64,000 nucleotides of DNA, taken from NCBI GenBank assembly GCA_951406725.2, contig OX597823.1:67828001-67892000 (forward strand), given 5' to 3'. The stretch comes from Octopus vulgaris. Taxonomy: Eukaryota. The notes beneath the pieces are model-generated. The model made no database searches, was not told the DNA's origin, and saw nothing but the letters and a program-made list of their open reading frames with translations. Position 1 is the stretch's first letter. Each line of letters opens with the position of its first letter. This document shows positions 39,431 to 52,548 of this stretch, in pieces. The translations under genes were made by a program, and so were the position numbers.

Positions 39431-39599
39431 ACAAAACAGGGATTATATCTAATTATATTTCTATTGCAAAATAGTAAGTCAGCATATTTAGAATAGTAAT
39501 GGTAATAATTATAGAATAAGCAGGATGAAAAGAAAACTTCGGTTTTGTGCTATTAGTTTATCAGACTAGACCAGTGTTTCTCAACCAGGACTCCCTGGA

Positions 39600-39828
39600 A
39601 CCCTTGAAGGATTTTAGTCAAACAAATTGCCCCCAGGACTTTATTTTAAGCCTAGTACCTATTCTATTGGTCTTTTTTGCTGAACCACTAGGTTACAGAG
39701 ACACCAACACCAGTTGTCAAGCGGTTATGGGGGGAACAAACTGACACAAAGACACATACATAGCTATATACCATACATACATATATATATATATATAAAT
39801 AAATAATAAATTAATAAATAAAACATAC

Positions 39829-39892
<64 letters not shown>

Positions 39893-40470
39893 TAAATTAA
39901 TAAATAAAACATATACATATATACATACATATGTATACCTACCTCTACATGTATATATACTTGCATATATGGGCACAGGACACAAAAAAAACGTCGAACC
40001 CAATGAGAAACGAAAACATAAACACAAAACCAAGGAACTGGACATTTTTCTTAAACAATGAAAAAATAGAGTACAGGACAAATAACACAAAGGAAAATTC
40101 CCCTTCTTCAGTCGCCATGGTTTCATCTACTCTACATTTCGAAGGTGAAGGTGATACACATCTTCGATAGAAACTTTCCTTCCCGCGAAAAGCAAATTAA
40201 ATAAAATTTGAGATCTTTTTGCGGAGGGGTAAAAATGGTAACAAAAACAGGACAGTAACGACAGTACAAAATATAAACAGTAAAAGACAGGACAAGGAGA
40301 GCATATACAATGGGCTTCTTTCAGTTTCTCTCTACCAGATCCACTCACAAGGATTAGGTCGGTCTGAGGCTATAGAAGAAGACACTTGCCCAAGGTACCA
40401 CGCAGTGGGACTGAATCCAGAACCATGTTGCTGGGAAGCAAGCTGCTTACCACACAGCCACACCAGTGCC
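39600..40470 (-). mobile_element. SINE family A split by an insertion (about 39960-40300) in its internal TA microsatellite
   Basis: 3' half at 39600-39760, 5' half at 40305-40470. The insert tgggcacaggac...aaattccccttcttcag resembles 24780-25150. Confidence 0.65.
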
Positions 40471-41816
40471 TATTTATTCTTAACACATCTTGGCAGGTAC
40501 ATACATAAAATATTCTGGATGCTGTAGTGTATACCATAGGAGAATAGCTTTTTCCTTCCATGACTGCAGTTTGTTCAACACACCCATTGTGCATGGCATT
40601 GTGGGACACTGGTGTTTCAACATGAGTCTCATCAGCCAGAAGTAACTGGAATTCTGAGACTGGCCAAAGCTGCTGGCTTGGTTTTAGGCTTCCAACAAAC
40701 AGAATTGTTTGCTATGCACCAATGAGATGAGTGTGTTGAATACACTGTTGTTTAAAAGGGAGAAGTTATTCTCTTAAGACATACTCTACAGCAACCAGCG
40801 TATTTTGTGTCTGTATCTACTGAGATATGCTAAGATTATAAATGCAAATATCCATTCCAAATTTCAAATAGATTGGAGATAACTGGTGAAAGTGTGATTT
40901 GGTAATAGTTCATAGTTGTCTCTTGCAAAAGTTATATATTGCAGTTCAAATCTTAATTAGATTCAGTCCTTGAAAATCTTATCTATTTCTTCATAACTGA
41001 AATAATTATTACAGGGTCAATAGCAAAATATGATTTCATATCATGTTAAAAGAAAAAGTAGATCTTAGTTACAGCTTCTGTTAGAATCCAAGATATATGC
41101 TAGTGAGGTTGGCATGTAAATAAAGTTATTCAGTGGATAAACATTGTATTTAGTTTACATGAAACATAATCCAGTAAATATTCTCTGTATACTTCAGATA
41201 TTTCATTCTACTAAACTTAACGTAGAATATTTATAGAAATATTTCTGTTTAGCAACTTTTCTCTTTAGTCTTACAGCCACATATCAACACTAAATAAATA
41301 AAGTATTTCCCATGCAACACATTAATACTTCGTCTCCTCTCTTTCCTGTGTCTCCATAGTTATGACAATATATCAACTTGTCTATCACTAGGAAATTGAC
41401 TAAGATTCCTACAGAATGCACAACTGTATGGTTTTATTGAAATAATTCACCTGGTGACTAACTGTTGTACATAATCCTATGTTTCTTTCTCTCTCTCTCT
41501 AATACATTAGAAATGGCGTAATCGCACAATACAGTAAATAAAGAAATGAATGAAATAACAAATAAAGCAAGCAGCACATTTGATATGGCATCACCATTTA
41601 AAATTTGCTAAACAGATATTCTAATATTTATTAATGGAAGAATCTCATGAATTATGTATTAAATGTGTTTTTTGTTTTTTTTAAATAATAGCAAATAATT
41701 TCCAAACCACTAAAAGACATACAGAGATGATGTTCAATTCTATTTTCTGTGTTTTAAGTAGATGAATGATAAATCTACTGATATAGTGAGACCGAGAGAA
41801 TATGCTGAATTGATCT

Positions 41817-42505
41817 CAAGAAGTTTGCTTTGTAACCACATGGTTCTGAGTTCAGTCCCATTGCATGGTACTTGGGGCAAGTGCCTTCTACTATATTCTC
41901 GGACTAACCGAAGCCTTGTGAGTGGATTTGATAGACAGAAACAGAAAGAAATCTGCCATATATATATATATATATATATACATACATGCACATACATGAG
42001 TAAGTACATAAATACAAAACAAGGTTGGAAAATAGTACTTGAATACTGATGGTAGAGTAGTATACTTTTTTTTATTAAAGCTGAAAAACTATCACAAAAC
42101 AAAACAGTGAATCAGTTTCACATTCCTGTTCATTGGACAGTTGTGATCACATGATTCCAGTCTTGATCACAACTATCCGACAAACAATAATGTGAAGCTC
42201 TGAGTCAGTTTTTTGTGATGGTTTTCAGCTTTAATAAAAAAAAAGTATATATATATAAAATGGATGTTAAATGTTGATGATAGCGATGATGATGATGTGT
42301 GTGCACGCGAGTGTGTGTGTGCCTATGTTTGTCCTTCATCCACTGCTTGACAACTGGTATTAGTGTGTTTATATTCTCATAACTTAGTGGTTTAGCAAAA
42401 GAGACCAATAGAATAAGAACCAGGCAGAAAGTAAGTACTGCGGTTGATTCGTTCAACTAAAGTTCTTTGAGGGGGTACCCCAGCATGGATAAGTAAAGAA
42501 TAAAA
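41817..42505 (+). mobile_element. SINE family A split by a palindromic insertion
   Basis: 5' half at 41817-41960, 3' half at 42300-42505; the palindrome at 42061-42249 lies between them. Confidence 0.65.
42061..42249. repeat. ~190-nt imperfect palindrome
   Basis: tatactttttttt attaaagctgaaaa...ggacagttgtgatca, a 14-nt loop, then tgatcacaactatcc...ttttcagctttaataaaaaaaaagtata. Confidence 0.85.
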
Positions 42506-42783
42506 GATATTTCACAATTAACATGCCTTGGGCAGCTAGAAATAATAGCCAAATTTCACTAGGTTACACCACTCCATCTTAAACAAGCAAGGCATAAGCA
42601 AAGTCAAGGGAAATCCTACATACAGCTCAACCTACTGCTACAAAAGATGAGATGTTCTGACCTGAGGATAGACAATAATTTCAGAGTTATGTGTAACATA
42701 TTATGAGTAAGACCCATAAAGGCCCTAAGCACTCAAAAGATTTTGGTGGCCTCCATATATATGTAATTCAAAATATAAACAAT

Positions 42784-43140
42784 AGGCACAGGAGTGGCTG
42801 TGTGGTAAGTACCTTGCTTACCAACCACATGGTTCTGGGTTCATTCGCACTGCGTGGCACCTTGGACAAGTGTCTTCTTCTATAGCCTGGATTTGGTAGA
42901 TAGAAACTGAAAGAAGCCTGTTGTATATATGTATATATATATATATATATACACAGAGATGTATGTGTGTGTATATGTTTGTGTCTGTGTTTGTCCCCCC
43001 CAACATCGTTTGACAACTGATGCTGGTGTGTTTACGTCCCCGTAACTTGGCGGGTCGGCAAAAGAGACTGATAGATTTGCTCGACTAAAGGCGGTGCTCC
43101 AGCATGGCCGTAGTCAAATGACTGAAACAAGTGAATGAGT
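42784..43140 (+). mobile_element. SINE family A, near full length
   Basis: Family A layout with small internal deletions. Confidence 0.8.
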
Positions 43141-43797
43141 AATAAAAGAACTATAAGATTTTAGCTAGTTTAAAATGATTTCTTTTGTGCTGTAAACCAT
43201 TTACTATTTCTGTGGTACCCCTCTTTCCTTGATGCAAGTGCTAGCAGTATTCTTTGGACTTAACTATTGATAACTCCACTCTTATACTGGAAAAAAGAAA
43301 TATTCCAACTATGTTACTTTTTTCGTTTTATGACTTTACATCTTCAAAGAAGAGACTTATAGTTAGTTATGTTGCCATGAATACCACTTGTTATGCCAGC
43401 TCAGCTGTGCTTTATCACATGATTAGATAGAAGTATCCAAATGAATGCTTAGTACTAATTTGTCTGGGTAGCATGCTGGATATGCTATATGGTGTCTGTC
43501 TAGATATTAGTTTAGTGTTATTCATATTATATTCATTTTGCCGTGCAACCTGTCCATGTATGAACAGTGGTCTTCACAGTAGGAATGGATAACATAATTT
43601 TAATAATTTTAGTTCCATAGAATTCTGCAAGTGGTTAGCCACATAACAAAGAATCTTTGTATATTTAAGCAATTGATGATAGGGCATACTGTCTGCTGTT
43701 ATAGTTAAGAAATTAATTTCATAAACATGTGATCCTGAATGTGATCTTCTACACAATATTTTGAGCAAGTATATTCTACAAATAGCCTCCAGAAGCC

Positions 43798-43828
<31 letters not shown>

Positions 43829-43832
43829 CATA

Positions 43833-44699
43833 CAGGGCATGGTGAATATGTTGTCGTCTGTGTTACGCAATAATGAAAATAACACTAACATCTCATTTTA
43901 ACAGATATATTTACCAAAATTACATAAAAATATCTTGAAATACTAAAGAATAAATTTGTTCAATAAAATCGCCATTGGCTTTGACCATGGCCTTCAGACG
44001 ACTTCGGAATCTCCTGCAACTCTTCTGGATAGTCTCCTTGTTTAAGTTGGGGAATGCTACCATAATCCTTGCCTTCAGTTCTTCTTTGGTGTTACAAAGA
44101 GTTTTGTTGGTCTCCACACATAATAATCAAGGCGGTTGCAGTCTGGAGAGTTAAGTGGCCAGATGTTAGGGGTAATGTGGTTCAGAAATTGTCTGACAGC
44201 TATGGTTGGGTTCTCTTACTTGTATGGCATATTGCAGAGTAATGTGGCCAGACAGGGTTTTTCAGCAGCCACCCTCTTGACCCAGGGCAGCACTACCTCC
44301 TCCAAATACTTGATGTAGGCCTCTGTGTTGACTCCAAGGCTGTTTGAGAAGATGAATGGAGGCATAATGTCACCTTCACTAGTGATTACCCCAAACACCA
44401 TGTTGACTGGATATTTGATATTTATCACTCTTAGTACATGTCTTGAGTACACAGTAAGCCAACGGTTGTTCTGTGTGTTCACTGTCTGTTGGTATTGGAG
44501 CTTTCGGTACCAATGCCAAGCAATACAGCATGCCGTTTCCAAATTTCTGACAGAATGAATTGTGTCATAGTGCTGTTTTCTCACAGATGGTGCTCAACTG
44601 ACCCTACTATACTGTTTAGCTGACAAAATCAAAAATAAAACAATGCACATGCGTGAAATTAAAAATATAAAATGGCAACAATTTACCCATTGCACCCAG
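43833..44699 (-). mobile_element. Tc1/mariner (maT/DD37D-like) transposon remnant
   Basis: Degenerate TIRs with TA flanks. Transposase remnants NTQNNRW, MVFGVITSEGDIMPP, VNTEAYIKYLEEVVLPW, WPLNSPDCNRLDYYVW, IQKSCRRFRSRLKAMVKANGDFIE. Confidence 0.8.
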
Positions 44700-44738
<39 letters not shown>

Positions 44739-45910
44739 CAAGACAAATGCAATTTAATATATGTGTATATAATGTATGTATATGTGTATTTACATGTTTC
44801 ATTTTGTGTTGAGTAAAAGTTGGGAAAAGATTTTTAATGGTGATTGCTGTTGTGAGGGTGGAGAAAGGGAGGGAAGGGACGATTTTCAAGGCTTTTAATT
44901 TTTTCTTGTTTTTAAAAATATTGCTTTTAAGTGTGTAGTGCAAAAACATTTTTGGGAAAAATCCATCGTGAGGGCCCTGGGGAAGAGGAGGGAGTGGGAA
45001 AAAAAGTCATTGATTTTCATAATGTTTTCTTACAAGCCCCTGCCCAATCATTTTGAAGCATGCGATAAAAAAATTTGAAAAATCCTTGTCTAAATACAGA
45101 AAATCCAATTTTTGAGGAATCATATTCCAAAACTCCACTTGGATTTATGCTATAATGTAATCTATGAATGTGTCAATAAAATGCTATTGAAACCACTGTA
45201 ATGAATTTTAAACCCCAATTGTGTTCTTATATATATATATATATTATCTGCATTCCGTGCTAGCATGGGTTGAATTGGTCATCATAGTTCTAGTCAGCTT
45301 TACTTGGAGTTATCATTCTCCTAGATGGGTCAGAGGATCATGACACACTCCTACATTCTACTTTTTTTTTTTTTACTTCTATAACTGGATTCCCTTCCAA
45401 ACTCTAGTAACTTTACAGAGTGTATACAGGAATATATATGTAGATGTGTGTGTATGTATGTGTGCATCTTTTATTGATGAACATTAATAAAAGATGTAGG
45501 GTGGTGAACTGGCAGAATCATTGGCATGCCAGGCAAAATGCTTAGCAGCGTTTCATGTCTTTAATGTTCTGAGTTCATATTCCGTCATGGTCAACTTTAC
45601 CTTTAATCCTTTTTGAGAGTTGATAAAATAAGTACCAGTTGAGCACTATGGTTGATGTAACCAACTTATCCCTGCTCCCGAAATTTCTGGCCTTGTGCCA
45701 AAATTTAAAACCAGTATTAAAGAAATATGTAAACATTAACAAGGTAACAAATAATGCGGCTCTTTACAATGAAATCCCTAGTGATATTTATTCTTCCCAG
45801 GTTACAGATACTTCCCTGAGACTCACTTTATCAGAAATGCAGTGAAGCTGTAACAATGCAATATCAAATAAATGTAAGTTATTAATTTATCCTAAAGTAG
45901 AAATAGTAAC

Positions 45911-46073
45911 AGCTTTTTCATCACACATCCTGTGACCCCTTCGGTGACTCTTAATCCCATGTCTTCTCTTGCACTGTTTTGTTCATTTTGACAAAATGAA
46001 GTGAGCAGAACAAGAGGAGACACATGGGATAAAGAGTCTCTGAAGGGGTCACAAGACATGTGATGAAAGAGCT
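45911..46073. repeat. ~163-nt imperfect palindrome with 1-nt centre
   Basis: agctttttcatcac...tgtgaccccttc...ttcattttg A caaaatgaa...gaaggggtcaca...gtgatgaaagagct. Confidence 0.9.
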
Positions 46074-46312
46074 TTGATAAAGAAAAAATATAATAATGAT
46101 AAAACTGAAGAAATAGAAAAAACTATCTCTTAATTATGTAGACTAAAACAACTTAAGTAAAACTGTTTGTGTTTAGTAACAGAGTATCTTGGTTAAGGTC
46201 TGAACTTTTATTTCATCAATTTTTAATCATTTATCAACATCTAATGTCTAAAATAAATATTACTGGAAAAAAATAATCAACTCAGAAATTTAGTTCACAT
46301 TTGTAAACTTAC

Positions 46313-46473
46313 CTGATGAGGAATATTCCTCAAGGAATCAGTTCATGTTTACATCAAGGCTGACAGAATCTTTAATTTAAACATTTCCAAAGTTTAAGAA
46401 TAGACATGCAATTCATTTATTTATTTTTTCATTGAATTCTCTCATTTTTGACAACAGATAAAAACACGCATAT
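46313..46473 (-). other. Candidate alternative (truncating/poison or terminal) exon of the MPP7-like gene
   Basis: Strong acceptor tttctctgttttgctatttttgtttag|, consensus donor CAG|GTAAGT at 46312. In frame with the HOOK exon it reads DMRVFICCQK then TGA (46442-46444). Overlapping AATAAA signals at 46416-46425. Confidence 0.4.
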
Positions 46474-48459
46474 CTAAACAAAAATAGCAAAACAGAGAAA
46501 ATAATGTAAAAACAAAAAAATATCAACTATACTAAACAATAACATGCAACTAAGTGAAAACATTTTAAATAAACATTCACAAGAAAACACAAACAAACAA
46601 ACATAATAGGAAAAGCAAAACATTAATGATATACTACCGAAGTCTTTAATATATACTTTCATTTAGGAAGTGCAGTGAGAAATTGTAAAGTAATACGTTC
46701 TTAAAAAAAATCATTTTATTTTATTTTTTTAATATCACCAATATCTATTGCCTTACAATACAAACATCAAAATATGTTATGTATTGTAATGTATAGTACA
46801 ATACAAACATATTTTCTTCTGTAGTTTCTTTATATTGCCATGTGTAATGAAATGAATATTCCTTTTTAGTTTTTCTTTTTTTTTCTTTCTTCATACATAC
46901 ATAATTTAGTGTGTAAATTTCCTACAAGAAAGTATTCCATTATAGGGTGTAGAAAGAAATGAAACTTATTCAACCTATAATTCCGTGGCATTCCAAGAAA
47001 AAAAAAAAGTTCTAAGACTTATAAGGATTACACACACACACACATCTATATATATATATATATATATATCATAAGGCTTTTGAAACAGTAAATTTATCAC
47101 AACCCTCTCACTATATCAACAACTTTATGTCAGTTTATAGTTGTAATGTTGTATAAGGTTGGATGATCTGTGGAATCACATTTCTGTGAAATCTGTATCA
47201 TTGTTCTCAATCAATCTGTGCTGCAGCTACTTTATAAAGAGCTTTGTTTGCTATATCTCAACGCTACCACCACTAGTTACTCGATACTTGGCCAAAATAC
47301 TGCCTTCCTTTCATCTCTCCTTTTCTTCAACAGTTTCCTTTTTCTTCACTTTGTTGGCAATTATTTGATCCCTTAGAGAAAACACCGCTTTGATTTTAAA
47401 TTCACATCTCTTTCATGTCTTTTATTTTACTCTCTATGCCTCATTTTTTTTTTTAGTTGTGCTTTCTATTACTTTTCTTTTTCTTTAATGCTGTGGTGCA
47501 TTATTATCCTATTCTAGCAACAGTGCTAATCTTCTTACACCCTCTTATTCATTGCCCTAACACAGGAAAATGTGTGGCTTTTTCAGCTGCAGAAAAGATG
47601 TATATCTAAATTCTTGGCTATCTGACAGCCCTCCCCAACCCCACCACTATGTCACTGCAAAAAAAATTTAAAAGACCCCAAAACCCATCTCTGTCAAGGG
47701 TAGAGAAGACTTTGAGATTGGCAAGACAACTCCTCCTCCAGTATTTAGTGGATCTTCATTGGTTAATAATGCCTACTTTAAGACAGCCTCCTGGTCCTGT
47801 TTCAATAAGTAAATTAATGGCTGTAGATCCACAATTGTTCACTCTGTGCTAATTAACCAGTTTAGTCACTCATTCTGAGGGAAATTCTATTTTGATGTAC
47901 TGCTTCTCATTTATCTCTCTCATGATTAGTGTCACTAACTGCTAGAGTGTTCCCATAGAATGGTCTCTTTCACATCACTTCTTTCTTCCTCAGTCAATCA
48001 GTTCTGCCCAGGATGTCATCTTTGTGGGATTTCACCCCAGCATATGTTTTTCTTGCAACTGTTACAAATTCATGAGAAGTAATAACATCTTGGACACAAT
48101 AAAAAGGCCTTGTCACAAGATAGTAAAATAAGTTCTGAAACTGTGGGAAATACTTTTGGTGCATAATTCCATACACAGTCTCCCTAGTTTGGAACTTGTA
48201 CCCTTTCCCCCAAAACAAAGGATTTAAGAATACCAATTTAAATACAGTCTAATACATACACACACACACTCACATGCATGCACACATGCTTATACATACA
48301 CACACAGAGACTGATAGATAGGTAGATAGATATGCTGGGTTTCTTTCAGTTTCTGTCTACGAAATCCATGTACAAGGCTTTGGTAGGCCCAGGACTATAG
48401 TAGAAGACACTTGCTCAAGGTGTCATGCAGTGGGATCAAACCCAGAACAATGTATATGC

Positions 48460-48497
<38 letters not shown>

Positions 48498-51384
48498 ATG
48501 TGCATATATGTACGTGTGTGTGTGTATGTGTTTATATGTATGTATGTAGCAGGAATATTTGGTAGTCTAAAATCCTAAGGAATTGAAACTGGATTGCTAA
48601 GTTTCAGCTATTGGGATGTCAGTGGTCAATTGGCTAGTTTGATCTCTGGCAGAAATCTCTCTGTACCAACACAAATGCAATCCATTCAAATATCATTCAT
48701 GTCATCAGAAAAACTGACCACTAAGACAACTGGTAAACAGGATCTTATCAGCAAGATACATTTTTTTGCATCACTTTTACTTGAACAGATATAACATATA
48801 GATAGAATTTTTACCAATAGCAGGTAGCAGATTCTACTGTCATGCTGCTAGACACACCCACTTGCCTCTCTGTCTCATCAATGAAATGTTATTGCTGTGT
48901 AAAAACCTGTACTGTCACTCATAGCATAAAGTATAAAGTTGTAAACAATAAAAAGAAATATTTTTGCTTTAAAATCTAAATGAAATTTGGATTCCTTCTA
49001 TTGACATCGACTTAACCAAATCACATTAGTGACACTCACGTAGAAATGATTTTATTGTTACATATGTACTTGTGTCTGTGGTGTGTGTCTGTGTGTGTGT
49101 GTGTGCATATGTAGAAAAAGACCATGATAAGCAGACAGGAGAGCTTGGAAATAGTCTTCCAATTTGTGGTTTCATGTCAAACTGCAACCCATGTCAGCAT
49201 GGAAGGAAGATGTTAAATGATGATGATGAATACATGCATATTTGTGTGCATATATATGCATATATATATATACACACACACACACATATATATACACTCA
49301 CACATCCATATATATATAGATACACACATACTTATCTATATATATGCATACATATACATGCATAAGGTTTTCCGATAATCTCCATCAACCAAATTTCGCT
49401 TACAATGTATTGGCTAATGTAATACTACAATTGAAAACATTTACCCAAGATATCAGGCAGTGGAACTGAACTTAGTATCACATGGTTGTAAAGCAAACTT
49501 CTCAAACCATGTAGCTTATTTTTCAGTTACTTGTTTTGTAAATCTACTTTATTTTAAAATTGTGCAGTTATTTAACTTGATCATTTAACATATTCTTCTA
49601 AAGCCATAACAAATGGACTGGCACCATCTATCATTGTCTATACAAGGTTCATTATTTTATTATTTAGTACTAACCATTCAGGTCAAGTTTGTCTTTCATC
49701 CTTTCGAGGCCAGTAGATAAGTATCAGTAGAGTACTGGTGTTGATGTAATTGACTAGCACCTCCATCCCACCATACATTCAGAAGTACAGGCCTTGTGCC
49801 GATAATTGAAAGGATTATTCAGCACTAATATTGAAGAGACTACCTGTACAGACTAATTATACCACACTTTGCTTACAATCTAGCTATTGAGCAAAGTCAA
49901 TTGTCTTCTCTGTTGACAATTGAAGATTTCATATGGTCGTTTATCTAAATCGCAGTTGGTAGATACTGTTCAAACCATGATACTGCCTGCTAAATCAGTA
50001 TCTCATAAATTACATGTTTGAAATTATGGGATCAAATTGTGAAGCATCTAACATGTTTAAAGATTATATTCATATACATCATGACATTGGTATCAAAACT
50101 GAATATTTCTATAATCTACTATGATAATACTCTTGTGTTTTTCTCTATCACAACACATGAATGAGAAAGGAAGGGGTGATAGTAAAGTGGTAGTGGGATG
50201 ATGGATATTCTATGGTGAAAACAAAATTCAAACAGTGTTTCAACTCTGTGAGTAAATGTGTGTATGTAAAAGGGAGGTATGTGAATATTTGTGTGTGTGT
50301 ATGTGTAGTGGAAGTAGGATGGTGAACATTCAACACTGAAAAGAAAATTGAAACAGCATTTCAACTCTGTGTATTTGGTATTTACTTGCTGTACAAGAAG
50401 GAAGGAAAACTTAAGTTGTACAAGAAGGAAAGAAAACTTTAAAATTCTTTTGAAGAGAACTAGCAGTTAAGGGATGTTAGTTGCAGATAGATTTTTCACA
50501 AAAAATTTGGTAATAAAAGAATTATTAAACTAAAAACTTGGTTTTATACCTTATTTATATATAAAATACTACAATTAGCCCTCATTTTTGATGGCATGGG
50601 GCCAGCTAATAATAATAATAATAATAATAATCATATAGGTGCAGGCATGGCTGTGTGGTACAAAGTTTGCTTCTTGACCACATGGTTCCTTGTGAACAGT
50701 AACTGTTTTATTTAGTATAATTTGAAGGGCTGTAACTAAATACTACAAAGCATTTCTATTGCTCCATTCATTCTAGTGATCCATCACTTTGAAGAATCTA
50801 GAATCTAGATATATTTCTAGACTCAAATTAAAATTCCACTTTACAGACAATACATGACTTGAAATTGACTTTGCCTTCCGTCCTTTCAGAGTTGATAAAT
50901 TAAGTACCAGTTGAGTACTAGGGTTGATGTAATTGACTTACCCTCTCCCTTGAAATTGCTGGCCTTGTGCCAAGATTCGAAACTAGTATCTGGGGTTTCT
51001 GGATGTAGGTCTAGTTATCTACTCCAAATAAATTCCTCTTCAAAGCTCTGTTATATGGCACTTTACTACCATACAGCAACTGTTATCTGTTTTTGTGTTT
51101 AATTCAGTTCCTTGTTATTTATCTTCTCCTCACAACAGCTCAGCTTACATCAAATCCCTTACTCTCTATGCCATCACATAATTTCAGCTATGCAATGGCA
51201 TAGTTATAAAGACTCCCTTTGGTCATAATTGACCATAGGATTGCACCTAGAAAGTTACCCTCCGATACACAAGTCTGGGAAAAGTTGTTTGTGGAAGACC
51301 AGAAGTCGCCCATGCATACCAGTTGCCCTTCTCCATGCCACCAATGCTGGCCAAAGGAAAGACCATAGTTATAATTATATACTA

Positions 51385-51593
51385 TTAACCCTTTACGATT
51401 CAGATTACCTTGTTGAATGTTATATTCATTTATTCATATTGTTTTGAATTTATTATGGCTTGCCTTGTGGTTTTGAGATTTTTATAATGACATTGTAGGG
51501 TAGGCATGAGAGTCCAGGTCTGGTTGGTTTTGAACATAAAACAGGTCGAATATTTGGGCCAGATGTGGTCAGTTTAAAATGCAGAAGGGCTAA
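51385..51593. mobile_element. piggyBac-type MITE (copy 2)
   Basis: Starts ttaa ccctt; same family as 63617-63884. Confidence 0.6.
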
Positions 51594-52548
51594 TGAGTTA
51601 GTTTATAGACTAAGCTTTTTTAGCAATACTGAAGATTATTTAAGAAGTTAATAATATGCAGAGTGATTACCAAAGCCCCTCCACCATTAAAAATATTTTT
51701 TTATTTCTTCACTACTGGTTCCAGCCAGTGCTGGGACACAGTAATGTTACAGACAATACATGACGAAAGTTTTCAAAATTTCAAAACATTATTCACTTGG
51801 ATGTAAATTTATAAATGAAAACATAATTTTGCTAACAAACTATTTGTCCCTTCCAAGACAATTATATATATGTGTGTGTGTTTGTATGTATAAAGGAAAT
51901 GAAAAAAGAATTAACGTGTTGGCATACTTGTGAAATTTAGAATGTATTTGGAATTTTGTTGACATAGAAAATTTAAATATAGTGAATAAAACAATTAGTG
52001 AAAAGAAACAGAATGTTTTCCTTTTTTAATCTACAAACATCATCTGAAAATGTTACATTCTAAAATTTCAAATAAAGATACAATTATAATGCATGACATG
52101 AATTTCATTACATTGTGTTATATTTCTAAGACAACGGATGATTCTGTTGTTCTTAACATGAATAATGGTAATCAATTTCAATTGAATTATCATATCTCAT
52201 TTAAAATTATTTCTAATAACAAATCACGAAATATAATAAAAAAAAAACAAACAAAAAAAAATTTCGCCTTTTGCCAAAATAAAAGTTAAACTAATATCTA
52301 TTATTTCTGTCGATAAAGTTGGTTTATGTATTTCGGAATAGACTTTCATTATAAAGCAGTTATTCTTTGTTGGATTTTTTCTTTTAGTGCAACCTTTATG
52401 ACCATTTTAGATGCTGATGTTAAGCCCTAGGGCAACTTTATTGAGCAGTCATATGATCAAAGATATTCCAGCCATGACCATAGAGTCTCTTTCCCAAGGT
52501 AGTAAGTGTCTATCTGTCTAAGTAAATGTGTGTGTGTGTGTGTTGTGC

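Noticed and set aside
40085-40185. Active hammerhead ribozyme (CTGAAGA plus stem on the minus strand; similar CTGATGA near 24900)
   Set aside because: No GAAA follows the stem, and I could not build stems I and III.
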